NCBI GenBank assembly: GCA_963693365.1
Contig: CAVNZM010000001.1
Coordinates: forward strand, 568,597-604,273
Source: Amoebidium appalachense
Lineage: Eukaryota > Protista > Ichthyosporea
Direction of reading: 5' to 3'
Length of the DNA: 35,677 nt
This document shows positions 1 through 10,478 of this stretch, in pieces; the first letter of the stretch is position 1, and each line of letters opens with the position of its first letter. Both the position numbers and the translations under genes were made by a program. Below the pieces are notes generated by a model. The model ran no database searches and was not told where the DNA came from. It saw only the letters and a program-made list of their open reading frames with translations.

Positions 1-425
1 CCCCAACTGGCACCCCCGGCCCACTTGCCCAGCCACCCCTGCAGCACCCCACCTGCCTGCCAAGCCCGACGGGCCACCCCTCCCGTACCCACCCCCCCAA
101 CCGGCACCCCGGCCCACCGCCCACGACCCCTGCAGCACCCCACCTGCCTGCCAAGCCCGACGGGCCACCCCTCCCGTACCCACCCCCCAACTGGCACCCC
201 GGCCCACTGCCCACGACCCCTGCAGCACCCCACCTGCCTGCCAAGCCCGACGGGCCACCCTCTCCCGCACCCACCCCCCAACTGGCACCCCGGCCCACTG
301 CCCACGACCCCCGCAGCACCCCCACCTGCCTGCCAAGCCCGACGGGCCACCCCTCCCGTACCCACCCCCCAACCGGCACCCCCGGCCCACTGCCCACGAC
401 CCCGGCAGCACCCCACCTGCCAGCC
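1..425 (+). repeat. C-rich tandem repeat, ~91-94 bp unit, ~4.5 copies, probably coding (PTGTPGPLPTTPAAPHLPAKPDGPPLPYPPP)
   Basis: CAAC(T/C)GGCAC recurs at ~4, 98, 188, 279 and 370. Units differ mainly in C-run length. A 93-bp consensus gives a 31-aa repeat in frame with the downstream ORF. Confidence 0.85.
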
Positions 426-1766
426 AGGACACCAACCAGCACGGCAACTTCTGCAACACCGACCGAGACTCAGCTAGCCGCTGCCACCACTGCTGCCGTT
501 GCCACTATTGAGGACGACTCCTTTTGGGCCCCCCTCTCGGAGCTGGAGAGGTGGCTCATGTTGAACCACCCGAATTGGTGGAGGGTGGCACAGATAGGTG
601 GCCTCGCTCTTGTCAAGTGGATCCTCTGGGGTCTCGGGGACAAGGGCAACCAGGCGAGGGCTGCAAGGGCTGCCGGGAGGGAGTTTGGCCGTGTTCTAAG
701 TGCACCACCACCACTGGCATTCCTAACCGAGACTCCGACGGTTCACCCCTCCCTTGCTGCCACCTACTACCCAACGACTAAAAAGTCGGTCACCATGAAG
801 GGGGGAGGGACGACACCTGCACTCTGGAGACCCCCCACGAGCCCGGCCGCACCGTCAACCACTCTGCAAGGGGGACTCGAGGGTCCCACGTCTGCTACCC
901 CACCCGATGAGGGGACCTATGAGCCCGTACCGGTGACCCGTACCGACAAGGGTTCCTCCGGTATGAACGCGTTGCTGGGGCCACTCAAACGGATGCACGG
1001 TGAGAGCCTGGAGGAGTATGAGAGACGGATGTACGAGCAAAACTCAGTGTTTGACAACCCGGCCTTGACACCCTATATGAAATCGGTGTTGAAACGTGGC
1101 GTTGAAGCACTTTCAGCGGGTGGGGAGAGGCTGGCTAGTGTGGTCGGAGGGGGCAGCCTGCAGGAAGCTGTGTTGGGTGACCAGGGCCTTATCACCGAGG
1201 TGAAAAACGTCGGAAAGCACTTGCTGGAGTACTACGTGCAGCAGCACAAGTCGACTCCACCGGCCTCCTCCACCCCTCTAGCTATAGAGCACGACCCTTC
1301 GGGTGGCCGTAGGTCCGGGAGAAAGCCTCCCCCTGCAGGCCCCTCTGCAGAACCAAGTCCGGCTACGCGTCATGACGGCTACAAGTCGGGGGACCTACCA
1401 CACCACACACAGCACCCACACGTCCGAGCAGCCCTTCCGTTGGTTAGGGCAGCCCTACCGACTGTTGGCCGGGCCCTTGGTTTTCAACCGGACACTGTGA
1501 GACTGGCACAGCTTGCACTGGACTACACCACCGGTACCACCGAGGAGGATAAGAAGAAGAAGGACACCAAGAAGAAGGGTACGAAGAAGAAGGACGGCAA
1601 GAAGAAGGACACCAAGAAGAAGGAGGACACCAAGAAGAAGGACACCAAGAAGAAGGACACCAAGAAGAAGGACACCAAGAAGAAGGACACCAAGAAGAAG
1701 AAGGACACCAAGAAGAAACCAGCGGCAAGAAGAAGGGTAAATAATCTACGCCACAGGCAACAGTGA
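1..1766 (+). CDS. 5'-truncated Pro/Thr-repeat, Lys-rich-tail protein; probable endogenous-virus structural/core protein
   Basis: ORF 558-1766 stays open upstream in the same frame (…ARTPTSTATSATPTETQLAAATTAAVATIEDDSFWAPLSELERWL-MLNHP…) into the tandem repeat. It has a hydrophobic segment (WWRVAQIGGLALVKWILWGLG), an amphipathic segment (AALPLVRAALPTVGRALGF) and a (KKKDT)n C-terminus. It is intronless and lies next to a VLTF3-like gene. Function is inferred. Confidence 0.6.
   Translation, partial: PTGTPGPLAQPPLQHPTCLPSPTGHPSRTHPPNRHPGPPPTTPAAPHLPAKPDGPPLPYPPPNWHPGPLPTTPAAPHLPAKPDGPPSPAPTPQLAPRPTAHDPRSTPTCLPSPTGHPSRTHPPTGTPGPLPTTPAAPHLPARTPTSTATSATPTETQLAAATTAAVATIEDDSFWAPLSELERWLMLNHPNWWRVAQIGGLALVKWILWGLGDKGNQARAARAAGREFGRVLSAPPPLAFLTETPTVHPSLAATYYPTTKKSVTMKGGGTTPALWRPPTSPAAPSTTLQGGLEGPTSATPPDEGTYEPVPVTRTDKGSSGMNALLGPLKRMHGESLEEYERRMYEQNSVFDNPALTPYMKSVLKRGVEALSAGGERLASVVGGGSLQEAVLGDQGLITEVKNVGKHLLEYYVQQHKSTPPASSTPLAIEHDPSGGRRSGRKPPPAGPSAEPSPATRHDGYKSGDLPHHTQHPHVRAALPLVRAALPTVGRALGFQPDTVRLAQLALDYTTGTTEEDKKKKDTKKKGTKKKDGKKKDTKKKEDTKKKDTKKKDTKKKDTKKKDTKKKKDTKKKPAARRRVNNLRHRQQ
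1551..1718 (+). repeat. 15-bp coding minisatellite (AAGAAGAAGGACACC)n encoding KKKDT
   Basis: About 10 visible units with variants KKKGT, KKKDG and KKKEDT. Confidence 0.95.
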
Positions 1767-1816
1767 CACCACCACCACCACCATTATGGCACCCGGCACG
1801 GAGCACATGCGCATGT

Positions 1817-2023
1817 ATGCGTTGCCACACACCCCTTGCCCCCCTCCCCGTACCCCTCCCCTACCGCACCCGACCGACCCCCGGGCCTGTACCCCAAACC
1901 CGACCGTTCTACGGGCCGGGAAACACCGTCATTGAGGGCCCAGGGGGGACCATGAGGCCGAGGCCGGCCACGTACACACCCTGGCCTGTGGCTGCCGACA
2001 AGAGCTCCTTCCAGAACTATTAA
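1817..2023 (+). CDS. small Pro-rich hypothetical protein (putative viral)
   Basis: MRCHTPLAPLPVPLPYRTRP…DKSSFQNY*, closely packed after the large ORF and followed by a short AT-rich spacer. Start is uncertain. Confidence 0.35.
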   Translation: MRCHTPLAPLPVPLPYRTRPTPGPVPQTRPFYGPGNTVIEGPGGTMRPRPATYTPWPVAADKSSFQNY

Positions 2024-2062
2024 ATATTGTGTGTGGTTGTGTAAACACCCTACTTCTGCAAC

Positions 2063-2255
2063 ATGGAGCTCAACATTGGCGGGCCCCCCCATACGTAAGA
2101 AGCCGTTCATTTTTCCGGAGCAGAACAACAGCTTAAACGTCATGGACGTCTCGACCATACGTGACTTCCGGGAACGCCCGTTGGCCTACACCGTACCGTT
2201 GTCCGGCATCAACGCCAACCGTCCCATACGCACGGCACCTGTGGTGTTTAAATAA
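2063..2255 (+). CDS. small hypothetical protein (putative viral), one apparent frameshift in a C7 run
   Basis: ATG at 2063 (MELNIGG) joins PPIRKKPFIFPEQNN…APVVFK* if the C7 run at 2084-2090 is C6. Ends in TAAATAAA. Confidence 0.4.
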
Positions 2256-2372
2256 ACTTGAGTGGGTCGATGGTAGTGTGGGCACGTGCTGGCACACCCC
2301 CTACCACCACCTGCTACCCCTAACATATTGTGCACATGTCTTGTATTTAGGTCACGGTACAGTAGCACCAGG

Positions 2373-3265
2373 CTACAGGTAAAACATGTTGTATTCCACA
2401 AGCATGTGGTAGTTTTTAAGGTCCCTCTCCAGCTGCACCCACACCTTGTCACTCTTGACTCTAGTCACCTTGCTTTTGACGGCCGGCACCAGCCTAGCCA
2501 CCACCTCAGCATCCATACCACCCACCAATTCCACCATTTTCACCAGCAGGAACGGGTACCCCACAAAGTTCTTCCTTGTGTCCTCCTTGTGCCTCCTATG
2601 CCACGACAAGGAGAACTTAAACATGCCCATCAACAGCTCGAGCTGTTCACACGTGAACCTAGGGAGGGGGTGACCGTACAGCCTGTTTAATATATAAGGT
2701 ACACGCATGTAGTGTTTTGTAAGCTTGTTCTGTCTCAACACCCTCCTTGCCTGGTCTGCATTCTCTATGTGTGCCACACCCCTGAATGCTGCCACCACCC
2801 CCTCCTGCATGTCCCCCATGGAAGCATTCAACCCCTGCACCGACTGAAGTAGCTGCTTGAAGTGGTTGATGTGTCTGTATGGCTGTGACCTCTTCCTGTC
2901 CCAGAAGGCCGTGCACCCCTCATAGGTCTTCCTCCCCTCACCGTCACTCCCCTCCCCACCCCCTCCCGTCGTACACCCAGTCCTCCTCCCCCTCTCCCTC
3001 CCCCCTCCCTCCCCCCCCTTTCCCTCCCCCCTCCTCGTACACGTACTCCTGGACTCCACCGCCGTGCCCGTAGTCGTCGTGTCCCCCTGTGCACGTCTCC
3101 CTGTTGCAGTATGCCCACCAACATGCATTCGGTGGTTGTAGTGGGGGGTGGGGGTGGGGGTGTGGTCGGGCTACAGTACATGTCGAAGAGGAAGGGGCAT
3201 AAGTCTAGCAGCTTCTCGGGGTCTGTGGTGTCTGCCACCATACTTAGCAGTGTGTCTTCATCCAT
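2373..3265 (-). pseudogene. VLTF3: VLTF3-like viral late transcription factor (poxvirus A2/NCLDV family), frameshifted as assembled
   Basis: The C-terminal ORF shows the VLTF3 motif series: PYRHINHFKQLL (Y.R.NHF.E.L), LRQNKLTKHYMRVPYILNRLYG.P.P, RKNFVGYPFLLVKMVEL (RKNFLSY.YVL.K..EL), PAVKSK…SDKVW (P.LKS…QD.IW). The likely start is the ATG at 3265 after an A-rich leader (MDEDTLLSM…), in another frame, so a shift lies in the G-rich tracts at ~2950-3160. Confidence 0.8.
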
Positions 3266-3674
3266 TTTTAATTTTGATTTTTTCGTGTGTTGCCTGTTTT
3301 CGTGTTGGAAAAAGTGAGGTATCTTTGCACATGTGTGTGCCTTTTATATGTGCTGGTGCCTGCTCTTTTTGGCAAGTCTCCCCCCTTGTATGCATGTATG
3401 GTGCTGTTGTTGGTGTTCATGCTTCTGCCCAAGGCCACATTGGAAGGGTTTGTGTTTGCATTAAACTCTGATTTTATTTGCTGCTTCCCCTCATGCATAC
3501 GGTGCACGTGGTGTATGCCTTAAAAACACCGTCTTTTTCTTTAAGTTTTACATATGGTAAGATCTTCTCAGTTTGTGTTATGTTTCAGTTCATATTGTTG
3601 GAAGATGGTATCGTTATCCAGTCCGATCGCATGAATCAGATCATGATCGGCTGGTGGCCTGCGAGATCTTAACC

Positions 3675-3748
3675 GATCTCGTAGCTCAGGTTGGCAGAGC
3701 ACTCGACCGGAGATAGAGGGGTCGCGGGTTCAAATCCCGTCGGGATCA
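3675..3748 (+). tRNA. tRNA-like element in TRIM LTR (anticodon GGA; 1-nt D-loop insertion)
   Basis: Cloverleaf as at 30808; B box GGTTCAAATCC; T5 downstream. Confidence 0.65.
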
Positions 3749-4045
3749 TCTTTTTCTCATCCCCTTCTCGCTGGGGTAAAAGCCAGCACGCCTTTACTGG
3801 CGTCATCACAACCATCGGCAGTGGTTAGGTTGTGATCTCAAGGCTAGCAAGATCGCTAGTCTCTGCACCAGGACAAAATCCAAAATGGTAGCATGAACAG
3901 GGGTTCAGTGGGGACTGAGGGGGCAGTCCACCCTAACCTGATTCTGCGATTCGTCCTGAGTGGGGATGTTGGAAGATGGTATCGTTATCCAGTCCGATCG
4001 CATGAATCAGATCATGATCGGCTGGTGGCCTGCGAGATCTTAACC

Positions 4046-4122
4046 GATCTCGTAGCTCAGTTGGCAGAGCACTCGACCGGAGATAGAGGGGTTCAACGCG
4101 GGTTCAAATCCCGTCGGGATCA
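4046..4122 (+). tRNA. tRNA-like element in TRIM LTR (anticodon GGA; 4-nt insertion in variable loop)
   Basis: As at 30808, with a TCAA insertion. Confidence 0.6.
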
Positions 4123-5344
4123 TCTTTTTCTCATCCTCTTCTCGCTGGGGTAAAAGCCAGCACGCCTTTACTGGCGTCATCACAACCATCGGCAGTGGTT
4201 AGGTTGTGATCTCAAGGCTAGCAAGATCGCTAGTCTCTGCACCAGGACAAAAGCCAAAACATATGCTTAGTGTAAATGCCACACTCCTATTATGTAAAGT
4301 GTAGCATCGATCTCCGATATGCTTGTATACTTGTAATCGTGTTGTATCGGCATTAATCGTGTATTGTAATATCGATTAGAATATTTATATGTGTGTACAC
4401 GGATCCACCCACTCAGGGAGAGACGTGCACATGTTCGTGTGTACATAAATATCTCTGGTTATAGTTATGATATTACTATCTTGTTTGTTGATCTGTGCTC
4501 TCTTTTCCTTTGTCTTTCTCCTTCCTTATTTTCTTTTCTTTCTCTCCTTGTCTGCATGTGTATAATCGTATTTCTTTTCTACAAATATATGTAACTTAGG
4601 TAGATTTGTGTTACTTAATACGTGTTCATTGGACGGTAACACACTTAGGCTACACTTAGAATAACATGTGTGATTAGACTTCATTAATTTACTTTAGTTT
4701 TCATGTGTTGCCGGGCTTTAACCAATCATCAAGGTTAAGTGTGATATGTCTGAGTCTTTGCAGTGTGTCATAGGTTAGAACTTCCTTGATGATGACACGA
4801 GTTGATCTTAACTAGTGTCTGTGTCCTATCGTGTACGTCTCCGCGTACCGGATCTCTCTGAAAGCAATTGGTTCTTAGTGATTGGTTTCTATTAGAGATA
4901 GATCTGATTTCCGACTGGTCGGAAATCATGTATGGATTGGACTTAGAGGAATTTCAGGTATTTATTCGAAGATCAGAATAAATTCAGTTCAGTCGTGTCT
5001 AAACATTGATGTCTGTTGTGTACACTGCTCCGATCGTTCCGTGTTTTGTTGTTGTGTGTGTCTGTGGTGTTTTCACACTGCACCACTGTGTCTCTGCTTA
5101 CATCCCAAATACTTATACAATTCAACATTCCTATCCTAGCGGTTCTCGAATTCCTATTGGTTCGTACTGACTGCTTGGCCACTGCATATTGCCGGCGCCG
5201 CGGCTCAGTCGTGAGCCGCAGCCCGCGGCTGTCGCGTGTGATATTGATCTGATCATATGACATGTACACAATATCTACGTGATCACTATGATATGTACAG
5301 TATATTTGTAATAGTAAACATGTACGGCGTGTACAGATGTTTAC

Positions 5345-5580
5345 ACCCCGGCAACGAGCACAAGGTCCGGAAACTCAAGAAGGCACTCTACGGCCTCAAA
5401 CAGGCATCACTGGCATGGTATGAGTACTTCGACAAGGTCCTCCTTGCTCACGGTCTCGAACGTCTCCGTTCAGATCCATGTGTCTACATCAAGTCCTTCT
5501 CCAACAGTGACATCATCCTCACTGGCAACTATGACGGACGACGTCATCATGATATGCACGGCCCACTCCTCCCACACCAT
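5345..5580 (+). pseudogene. pol: Ty1/copia reverse transcriptase fragment
   Basis: KVRKLKKALYGLKQASLAWY…RSDPCVY, then a frameshifted NY-DDVI (YVDD motif). Confidence 0.9.
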
Positions 5581-5791
5581 CATCTACAGTGGTCTTCAAG
5601 TAGGTTTCAGGGGCCCTGGCCAGTGGTCTACACATCAGTGTGTATAACTCCCAACGAAAGTCTACTGCTGTCTTCCTCGATCTTCATTGTGTGCATCTTC
5701 AGTGGGAAATTCTTTCTCCACCATCCGTCGTTTATTTATATCCCACCATATATATTGGTTTTCCTCTATATTCGACTTATGTATATGTCGA

Positions 5792-5975
5792 ACTGGGATG
5801 GTGTCCCAGTATAAATAAATATCTATAGCCATGGCGTGCTGGTTGACTGCCAGTCTAAACCTAGTCCACGGGACGTACCTTCCCCGTGTCTTAACTGGTT
5901 GACTACCAGTCTATAAATCAGTCCACAAGATGTTTATGCCTTGTGTTTATCTGGGTGGGTCCCAGTATAAAATAT
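5792..5975 (+). repeat. four degenerate ~50-57-bp repeats, each with a CTGG…CCAG hairpin, in the copia 3' non-coding region
   Basis: ACTGGGA-TGGTG-TCCCAGT (5792), CTGG-TTGACTG-CCAG (5839), ACTGGT-TGACT-ACCAGT (5894), CTGGG-TGGGT-CCCAG (5951). Each is followed by an A-rich TAAA. Confidence 0.65.
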
Positions 5976-6248
5976 TAGCGACCGACACGTCACACATACA
6001 CTAGTGTTTTCTTTTATATATATCGTCGTTGGCTACCGTCATGTTCCGAGTCTTCCGAGGCAACCGTCGTTGTGTGCTTCTTCCTTTTTTGGTTTTCTTC
6101 CCCGGCTTGCCACTTCAAGTCTTCTCCAATTGTCTTCTCGAGTGGGGAAACTTGACTGTGACGTCACGGCACCTGCTTCTACAAGTGTGAGAGTATTGAC
6201 ATCAACAGTCACATCAACAAACTTCACGAGAACCCAACTTCCAACCCT

Positions 6249-7066
6249 TGAGTGGGGATGTCATCTACCCATGGATAACGGCAAGAACTTAGAAGTTGAG
6301 TTATACATATGTTTATTAGTTTGTTGTTGTTCGTTTCCTTTTCCCTTTTCCTTTCTTCCTTTCTTTCTTTCCTTTCCGTTTCCGTGTGCACTGATATCTT
6401 TGATCTGTGTACACATCGAGCCATTTGGCCCGCGCACATGTAATGTTGTTTGCGTTTATGTCTAAATAAGTTGTCCAATCAGATCTCGTTTAATTTTCCC
6501 AAATATAGAAACCTGCATTCCTCCTTCATTCTACTCGATTCCTTTCCCATTCCATTCCTTTCTATCCTCATTCCTTTTCCTTCTTTTCCCACGACGTAGA
6601 ATTGCTCTATGCTCCCCAGCTATTAGGAATACTTATATTTAGACGTGTTATGTTAAGAACATGTATAAATATATGATGTGAACAAATAGATACATAAGAC
6701 TTAGTGGTTTCATTTATTAAATGTTTCCGTGCTTTTATTAGAAGATTGCGATTTATCTTCTATGTGTCGACAGGTATTTCGATCGATTTATTTTACCCTC
6801 ATAGTTTTTGTCTTTCTGATTGGATAAGATAGTTTTTGCCCTTATAGTTTTCGTTCTTTTGATTGGCTTAGCATTTGTCGATTCCACATTCCCGAGTATA
6901 AAAGGGACTTCATCTTGAAATAAAAATCAAGCAGTTGAAAACATTTCATATGCTCCCAGAAATCGTTCCACCTCTCTGGTTGTGTTTCTCCTGTGTGTCT
7001 GTGTGTTGTGTATATCATAACACCCATCTGTGCACTCTGCTTCTCCTTAAACCCACACAAAATAAC
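6249..7066 (+). mobile_element. PPT (6249-6258) plus 3' LTR, family Y (~0.8 kb)
   Basis: TGAGTGGGGA|TGTCATCT…; homologous to 26426-27227 and 33257-33997. Confidence 0.85.
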
Positions 7067-7099
7067 CCCCCCCCCCCCCCCCCGTATCTCTCTCTCTCC

Positions 7100-7815
7100 C
7101 TTGTTTCTGTGTGCACAGGTATCTGTAGATCTGTGCACACCTGTCTCTCTTGCCTGATAGAACTTATTGTATTTTATCTGTGTTTGCTCTCCTCTGTTTA
7201 TGTATTTAAATGAATTTCTTTAAGGAGACGAGTATGAATATAAATGTGTAGTAATAGTGACAAGATGTATAATCACTCAAGTTATTTAAGTAAGAGTTTC
7301 TAAACCTCAGTTATGTCGGAAGTTGGAATGCGTATGCTCTGTTGGAATGTGTCTTTCTATCATCTGATAGAACCAATTGGTTATCCCCTTTTAGTTGAGA
7401 TAAGATGATAAGTTGCAAGTACAAAAAGACCCGAGAGCACAATAAAAGGTCAACTGTTGTTTGAAATCTTTCATGTGTCGTGAACAACTCAGAGTGCACA
7501 GAGGTGATATGTAAAACATGACTAACCCAATAAAGAGAGGGCAATCGGAGTTGGTCACGACACATTGAAAGATTTCAAACAACAACTGATCCTTTATTGT
7601 GCTCTCGGTTCTTTTTGTACTTGCGACTTATCATCTTATCTAGACTAATGGGGGAGAACCAATCGGTTCTATCAGGTGATAGAAAAACACATTCCGAAAG
7701 AGCACACACATTCCAACTTCCGACTTAACTAAAGTTTAGAAACTCTTACTTAAAAAACTTAAGTAATTATATATCTTGTCACTATTAATGCACATATATA
7801 TTTATACTCGTCTCT
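7100..7815. repeat. inverted pair of family-W LTR segments (arms ~7225-7490 and ~7547-7815)
   Basis: The left arm matches 29845-30105 directly and the right arm is its reverse complement. The arms have diverged from each other. Confidence 0.85.
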
Positions 7816-7816
7816 A

Positions 7817-8708
7817 TGGTTGATGGTGCCGATCAGGTAACTAACGACACGGAGGAGAAGCTCCCAGGCAGTCTTGGTGGGCTTGGAGCTGAATCGGCCG
7901 AGGTAGCCAATGGCATACGAGATGTCAGGCCGGGAGCACCGAGCAACCCACAGGAGACGGCCGAGGAGTTCACGGTAGGGGACGGTGGTGGGCAGGGAGG
8001 AGAGGGAGGCTTCGTTGATGATGACGGTGCCCACGGGAATGGGGGTGGCCTTGGGCTTGGCATCGGCCAGGTTGAAGTCGGTGATGATGTCCTTGATGTA
8101 GGAGGACTGCAGCATCTTGAGGGAGTCATTGGTGTACAGCAGTTGGCTGCCGAGGAAGATGTCTGGCAGACCGACCTTGCACTCGGCAGACTTCGTGATG
8201 TGAATAACAAGCTCCTGCATGATGGTGGAGTACCGTGTGCAGGTGATGATGGCATCATCAACGTAGTTGCCCGATCGGATGATGTCCCCATTGTCTGGAA
8301 CTGACGGAAGTAGACACACGGATCGGAACGGCGACGGGTGTGGCCGTGGGCAACAAGGATGGAGTTTAAAAACTCGTACCATGCCAGGGAGGCCTGCTTG
8401 AGTCCGTAGAGGGCCTTCTTGAGTTTCCAGACTTTGTGTTCGTTGCCGGGGAGAATGAAACCAGGAGGTTGTTCCATGTACAAAGTCTCGTTGAGGGGGC
8501 TGTTGAGGAAGGCCGTGCTGATGTCAAGTTGATGGATCTCGTGATCCTGCTGCACACCGAGGGCAAGCAGGGCACGGACGGAGGAAGACATGACGACGGG
8601 GGAAGAGTTGTCACCGTAGTCAACACTGTAAGTGGTTTCACCCTTGGCCACACCACGACCCTTGATCTTGCCATGGTGTCACCAGCAGAGTTGAGTAACT
8701 TCTCCATG
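7817..8708 (-). pseudogene. pol: Ty1/copia reverse transcriptase fragment with frameshift
   Basis: KIKGRGVAKG…HQLDISTAFLN…YMEQPPGF…LKKALYGLKQA…DPCVY, a frameshift, then NYVDD…YRELLGRLLWVARCSRPDISYAIGYLGRF. Confidence 0.95.
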
Positions 8709-8709
8709 A

Positions 8710-8880
<171 letters not shown>

Positions 8881-10478
8881 ATTCTGAGAGAGTGGGAGAG
8901 GAGATGGAGAGAGAAAGAGAGAGAGTTGGACGGAGGAGGGAGAGGACCTCAACACAGTTGTAACACAAACTACACGTGTGTTAATTACACAGGGGTTTTT
9001 AATAGTCTTAGCACTGTGTGCCCTGGTGGTGGTATGCAAATGTTGTTGAGCGTATACATATTTTCATCTAATTACAAGTCCGGCAGCACCCAGAAAGCAG
9101 AATAAGCACAAATTTGTGTCGTATCCCACTGTGCAAGCCCAATGAATGGACGAGCCGAGACATGATTCCAGCACTATGGGCTGTAGTTCAGGGATGTATG
9201 GAAACCCGCCTTGCCGGCAAGTCCTGTCGTTGAAGTGCCCACATGGTCCACTATAGCCCTATCCATGGCCAGCCAAGGGTATGGGGGTTTCTGCCGCAGA
9301 AGATACCAGCCAATTGCCTTTGTTTCAATGGGTGGGTTTGGAGGGGAGAGGGGATTAGCCCAGGCAATGACAAAATGCCTGCCAACAGGCGCATAAGGCT
9401 GCTGTTAAATAGTTCTGACCAGTGTTGCATATGAGCTAACTTTGTGCCGTGACACAGCAACAAAAGTGGCTTAACCAGGCAACATGCCCAAGGCGATGTT
9501 AGCCGTGTTGCCACACATGCAATTCTCGGTATACCCAGTTAGCTATTAAACCTCTCTGCCATCTTTTGTCACTGGGCTATTGAGGTCGCTACTAAAAAGG
9601 GTGCTGTCGGTTGCCAATCAAGAAAGCATCTCCCGGCGAGTATCCTTTTCCCTTCTTCCTCTTTTTTTGTTTCCCTCTCCTTTCGTTCTTTTCTCAGTTC
9701 TCGGCAGATGTCAAACCTTATTTCCACTTGGATTGAATAAATTCAAGGCGAAGAACAAGTGGTCGGATTGATGAAGCAGCAAACTGGCCAGGTGTAGTGC
9801 GGTATAGTGCAAAGGCATACACATCCACCTACTTATATATCCAGTCTACTCATGCTTTATGGGTATCTCCTCCTACTTCCCCCCCCCCCCCTCCCCCCCC
9901 CCCTTCCCCCTCCCCCTAATACCATCCACGCCTCCAAATCTACCAATCCAATGTTCAGCCGTCCCACCTACATAGAAAGGGTGATAAAAAGAAACACTTT
10001 CCAGAAGAGATGCAAGTACATCGGGAAAACATGTACAGCAGATCCAACAACTTGCAAAAACTTTCGTGCTGTTCACAATTATGTTGCTCAGACAAACTAC
10101 AGACTTTCACACCTACCAGATCATATGGCACGTTCTTTCGCATCCGCCATGGATCCAGAAGATATTGAGCCAGGCCGGAAACAATGCTGCGGGGAAAGTA
10201 CAAGCACTTGTGGCAGGTGGATAGGGAAAGGAACGGCGCAGGGGGGGGGGGGGGGGGGGAGGGGGGAGCATCAATGTCACCAATGTGTACCAAAGAGCAA
10301 GCAACACATAAAAAGTGGTATTGGTGTTGTGTAGACTTGTGTGCAAGATTTGTGGCCTTGATTGCATAAAGCATAATTTGATGAGGCATTCGATATGGCT
10401 ACTCAGGAGTGTTGTGTGTAAGATCTTCACATGTGTGTGTGTGTAGGGTCGGGTTCCCCCCCCCCCCCCCCCCCCCCC

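Larger units (their letters stand above)
3596..4259 (+). mobile_element. tRNA-carrying TRIM, copy A (LTR 3596-3885, internal 3886-3966, LTR 3967-4259)
   Basis: Direct repeats TGTTGG…CCAAAA; PBS-like TGGTAGCATGA directly after LTR1; PPT GAGTGGGGA before LTR2; TSD CATAT (3591-3595/4260-4264). The empty site GTTCATATGC is present in the paralogous LTR at ~34358. Confidence 0.95.
3547..5127 (+). mobile_element. copia-type LTR, family X (slightly 5'-truncated), interrupted by TRIM copy A
   Basis: Near-identical to 34317-35197, which lacks the insertion. Ends …ACAATTCAACA at 5127, matching the LTR end seen before the PBS at 35562. Confidence 0.85.

Noticed and set aside
5792-5975. CRISPR-like array
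   Set aside because: Repeats are degenerate, the spacers resemble each other, there are no cas genes and the context is a eukaryotic retroelement.
7816-8304. Plus-strand 162-aa ORF
   Set aside because: It is the antisense shadow of the C3-rich copia RT.
9100-9560. Possible decayed tyrosine recombinase or transposase
   Set aside because: Looks coding-like, but no catalytic motif could be assembled.
9807-10334. GIY-YIG nuclease (CKYIGKT)
   Set aside because: Only one short motif; no correctly spaced GIY or downstream Arg/Glu pattern is recognisable.
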